From Candidatus Bathyarchaeota archaeon (GTDB lineage Archaea > Thermoproteota > Bathyarchaeia > Bathyarchaeales > Bathycorpusculaceae): a stretch of DNA of 64,000 bases. The notes under the pieces were generated by a model. It saw only the letters and a program-made list of their open reading frames with translations. It was not told where the DNA came from and ran no database searches. The stretch spans positions 32,001 through 96,000 of the forward strand of contig CAVZJV010000014.1 of assembly GCA_963775685.1 (NCBI GenBank), written 5' to 3'. The translations under genes and the position numbers were made by a program. Shown piece after piece: positions 61,700 to 64,000 of the stretch. Positions within the stretch are counted from its first letter, which is position 1; each line of letters begins with the position of its first letter.

Positions 61700-62372
61700 T
61701 TGATGTGGGGTCAATTCAGCTTCCACAGAGATTTCAATAAGTCGAATCATCAACTGGATAGGAGTTGCCGCTGGAATCACAACGTTACTGTTGGTCGATG
61801 TATCCTTTTTTGTTCCCTGGTGGATTCTAACTGTCGGCGATAACCTGCTCCAAGTTAATGCCTCACCTGTTAACACTAATTTTGGCTTGTCGGGAGCTGC
61901 GTTTGCTGTGCCGTTGATTTTGGCGTTAAACTTCATATGCGTACTAATATTAGTTGCCTGCGGAGCAGTATGCTTCTCTACTCATGTATTCCAACAAAAT
62001 CTTACGCTAAAGACTTGCTTGGATTTTCCTACAAAAAGCCTCTTTACGTTTTAATTTTTTTCGTCCTTGGTTTAATCGTGACTGTTTCGATCGCGGGAGT
62101 ATTTGATTTAAGTATTCCATTGATGGGAACATCAAACGCTAGTTTACCTTCAAGTTTACTTATGGGTGCAAGCATTAACGCGCCAGTTTCAGCGAGTTTT
62201 CTCTTTTGCCGTTTTGGCTAGCGATAGTTGCTGTGGGACTCTGTGTTGCTGCTCGGCTTTATCATGGACACTTTTTTGCCAAAAAACTAATCTCTGTAAC
62301 GTTGCAAGTTGCCCACGATCTGTCTCCGTCTTCACCGCAGATTTAGTGGTTTTCAACATTTGTTTGCCTTAG
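61700..62372 (+). pseudogene. Membrane protein broken into three frames
   Basis: Consecutive hydrophobic ORF pieces 61791-62054, 61937-62221, 62166-62372. Confidence 0.5.
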
Positions 62373-63063
62373 AAAATCGCAAACATTGCCTTGATTTCCT
62401 TTTATTTTTTCTATAAGCAATAAGTGTTAGGGGCTTCAAGAGCGGTGCAAAGAATTAAAATTTCTTTTCTTACTTTGCCGAAGGTAGAGGTTGAGGCTAT
62501 TTGGAAATATTTGTTATCTGATAAAAGAACAACATCAGTTGAATTTTGCAAAATTAGATCGGTTTGTTTTGGGTTGGTTTTGTTGTTTAGGCTTTGGATA
62601 GGCTGCAGGTTAGGGTCTAAAATGGAATGCTAGTAATGGATAGAAATGGCAATTGTTCTAGTTGTTCAGTAGGTTATCTATTTGTGGGGTTGATGTGCTT
62701 TTATGGGCGTTGTTTTAGAGTATAAGATGACGAAATGTTGTTTGCAGATTTTTTTGGGCTTGTTTGGGGTGCTTGATTTTGTTTGGGGTTGGGGTTGTGG
62801 TGTTTGCAGGTTGCGTCTGGAAAAGTCACAGAACGTCACAAAAAGGCAATTAGTTTTATGTGGATACAACAACATTTGTCGTCCACTGAGAAAATAAATT
62901 TTAAGACACGGTCACACACACCTCTTGCCTCAAATATGTCTAATCAGAGCCACCTCAAATCCCCCACTAACCTGTTTCAAAATAAATCGGAATCACCAAA
63001 GTTTAAAGCCAAGCCAACATTTATCTAAAGAACACTCAAAAACACCTATAAAACAAAATGTAT

Positions 63064-63141
63064 GGGGCCGTCGGCTAGTTTGGTCCAGGCTTGTAGCCTC
63101 GGGCGCTATAGACCCCGGTTCAAATCCGGGCGGCCCCACCA
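63064..63141 (+). tRNA. tRNA-Pro(CGG), CCA encoded
   Basis: GGGGCCG/CGGCCCC, GTAGC-CTCGGGC-GCTAT, GGTTCAAATCC. Confidence 0.95.
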
Positions 63142-63327
63142 CAACACTCTAGGCGCCTACACGAGAGAAACAGTCGGCTTAAGTTTTGCCATTGTTTAAT
63201 CCTGCTGAAGTCATATAATTGCGGTTGTGTTTAGGGGTTATCTGTGTTTGTATGCAATTGTAAGCAAACGTTATATTTTCAATTCGCTGAGTATTGTTAA
63301 ACCTTCGAAGTTGGCAGGGTTGTAAAC

Positions 63328-63931
63328 ATGTCCGGAGCTCTTTGTCCTCTCCTTAAATTACACTGCAAGGAACAAGCTTGCGTCATGTTCCAAGGTGAAC
63401 ATTGCATCTTAGTCAAATTCTTCTCAGAATTCTTTAGCGAGGGTCGTCCTAATGATTTAGAAACTTCTGTACGATCAGATTTAGATGAAATAACTTCAAA
63501 AGTCGACCGAACTCCTGGTCTCTCCCAAGAAGAAATTAAAAACCATAATTGCCCTCACTCAGATTATTTGGAAATTCCTGAGAGGTTAAAGAAGCGAACC
63601 CCCCGTAGAACTAAAAGAAGATATTTTAGAATATGCGAAAAAAGAATTCGTTGATCAAGACTTGGATGTCCCTTATTTCGTTAGCGAGCTTTTCTTGTTT
63701 TATGAAGAAGAAATAGAACTTTGTCGATTGCCTTTTGAATTCTTTTCCAAGCTAGAACTCACTGAGGCACTTGCTCGAAGGGAAATAAAAAAAGCAGAAA
63801 AAGAGAAATTCCAAAAATTACAGTCTATACGTGCATCAACTATATCTCCAGTTGTTGAACAAATTAATTTGGAAAATCAAATTGACCATGACTGCCCAGC
63901 TGATGAAAAGAGGAATAGTCTTATTCAATAA
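63328..63931 (+). CDS. Hypothetical protein with N-terminal Cys motif, probably split (63328-63654, 63662-63931)
   Basis: CPLLKLHCKEQACVMFQGEHC; downstream acidic helical ORF. Confidence 0.45.
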
Positions 63932-64000
63932 GTTTGAGTTAGGGATTCATACCGTGTAGGGGTTAAGCCCGGTACTGCACATTTCTATAGTTATTTTGCG

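Noticed and set aside
62420-63030. Short ORFs in a G/T-rich then A/C-rich stretch
   Set aside because: Low complexity, no RBS or motif support
63950-63982. GGGGTTAAGCCCGGTACTGCAC, tRNA-like fragment
   Set aside because: No canonical T-loop or cloverleaf could be built

Overview
Archaeal DNA. It carries an archaeal-type LeuRS, EF-1alpha, TFS, short XPF and CCA-encoding tRNAs, and its gene families look Bathyarchaeia-like (taxonomy is inference). Layout: (i) 1-6.6 kb is a cluster of membrane-anchored surface proteins sharing a TGTTCT-N6-NGAACA palindrome around a membrane-tethered wHTH regulator. (ii) Two Zn-ribbon/tyrosine-integrase modules, each headed by a divergent RHH pair, converge on tRNA-Pro(GGG) at 9474-9552. 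(iii) An apparent ~35 kb island is bounded by an 18-bp direct repeat of the tRNA 5' region (9533-9550 / 44467-44484). It carries RelBE, three large beta-propeller surface proteins, a minimal PolX, a LigD-type ligase, TFS, a 7-PAS kinase and a plasmid/virus-like operon. (iv) The 45-50 kb locus holds the main novelty: two unannotated micro-ORFs (MKANNKVTRSSGWV, MVSKNGKNIRGKPISSGWV) with an identical SSGWV C-terminus flank a polyprenyl-synthetase homologue that lacks its IPP-binding motifs, next to a secreted trypsin-like protease, an MFS protein and a SPASM radical SAM enzyme. This is a candidate archaeal ComQX-like prenylated-tryptophan peptide (RiPP/pheromone) system. (v) Housekeeping genes follow (leuS, htpX-like, apgM, rnhA fusion, tuf, xpf), then tRNA-Pro(CGG). 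All calls come from reading motifs by eye; no searches were run.
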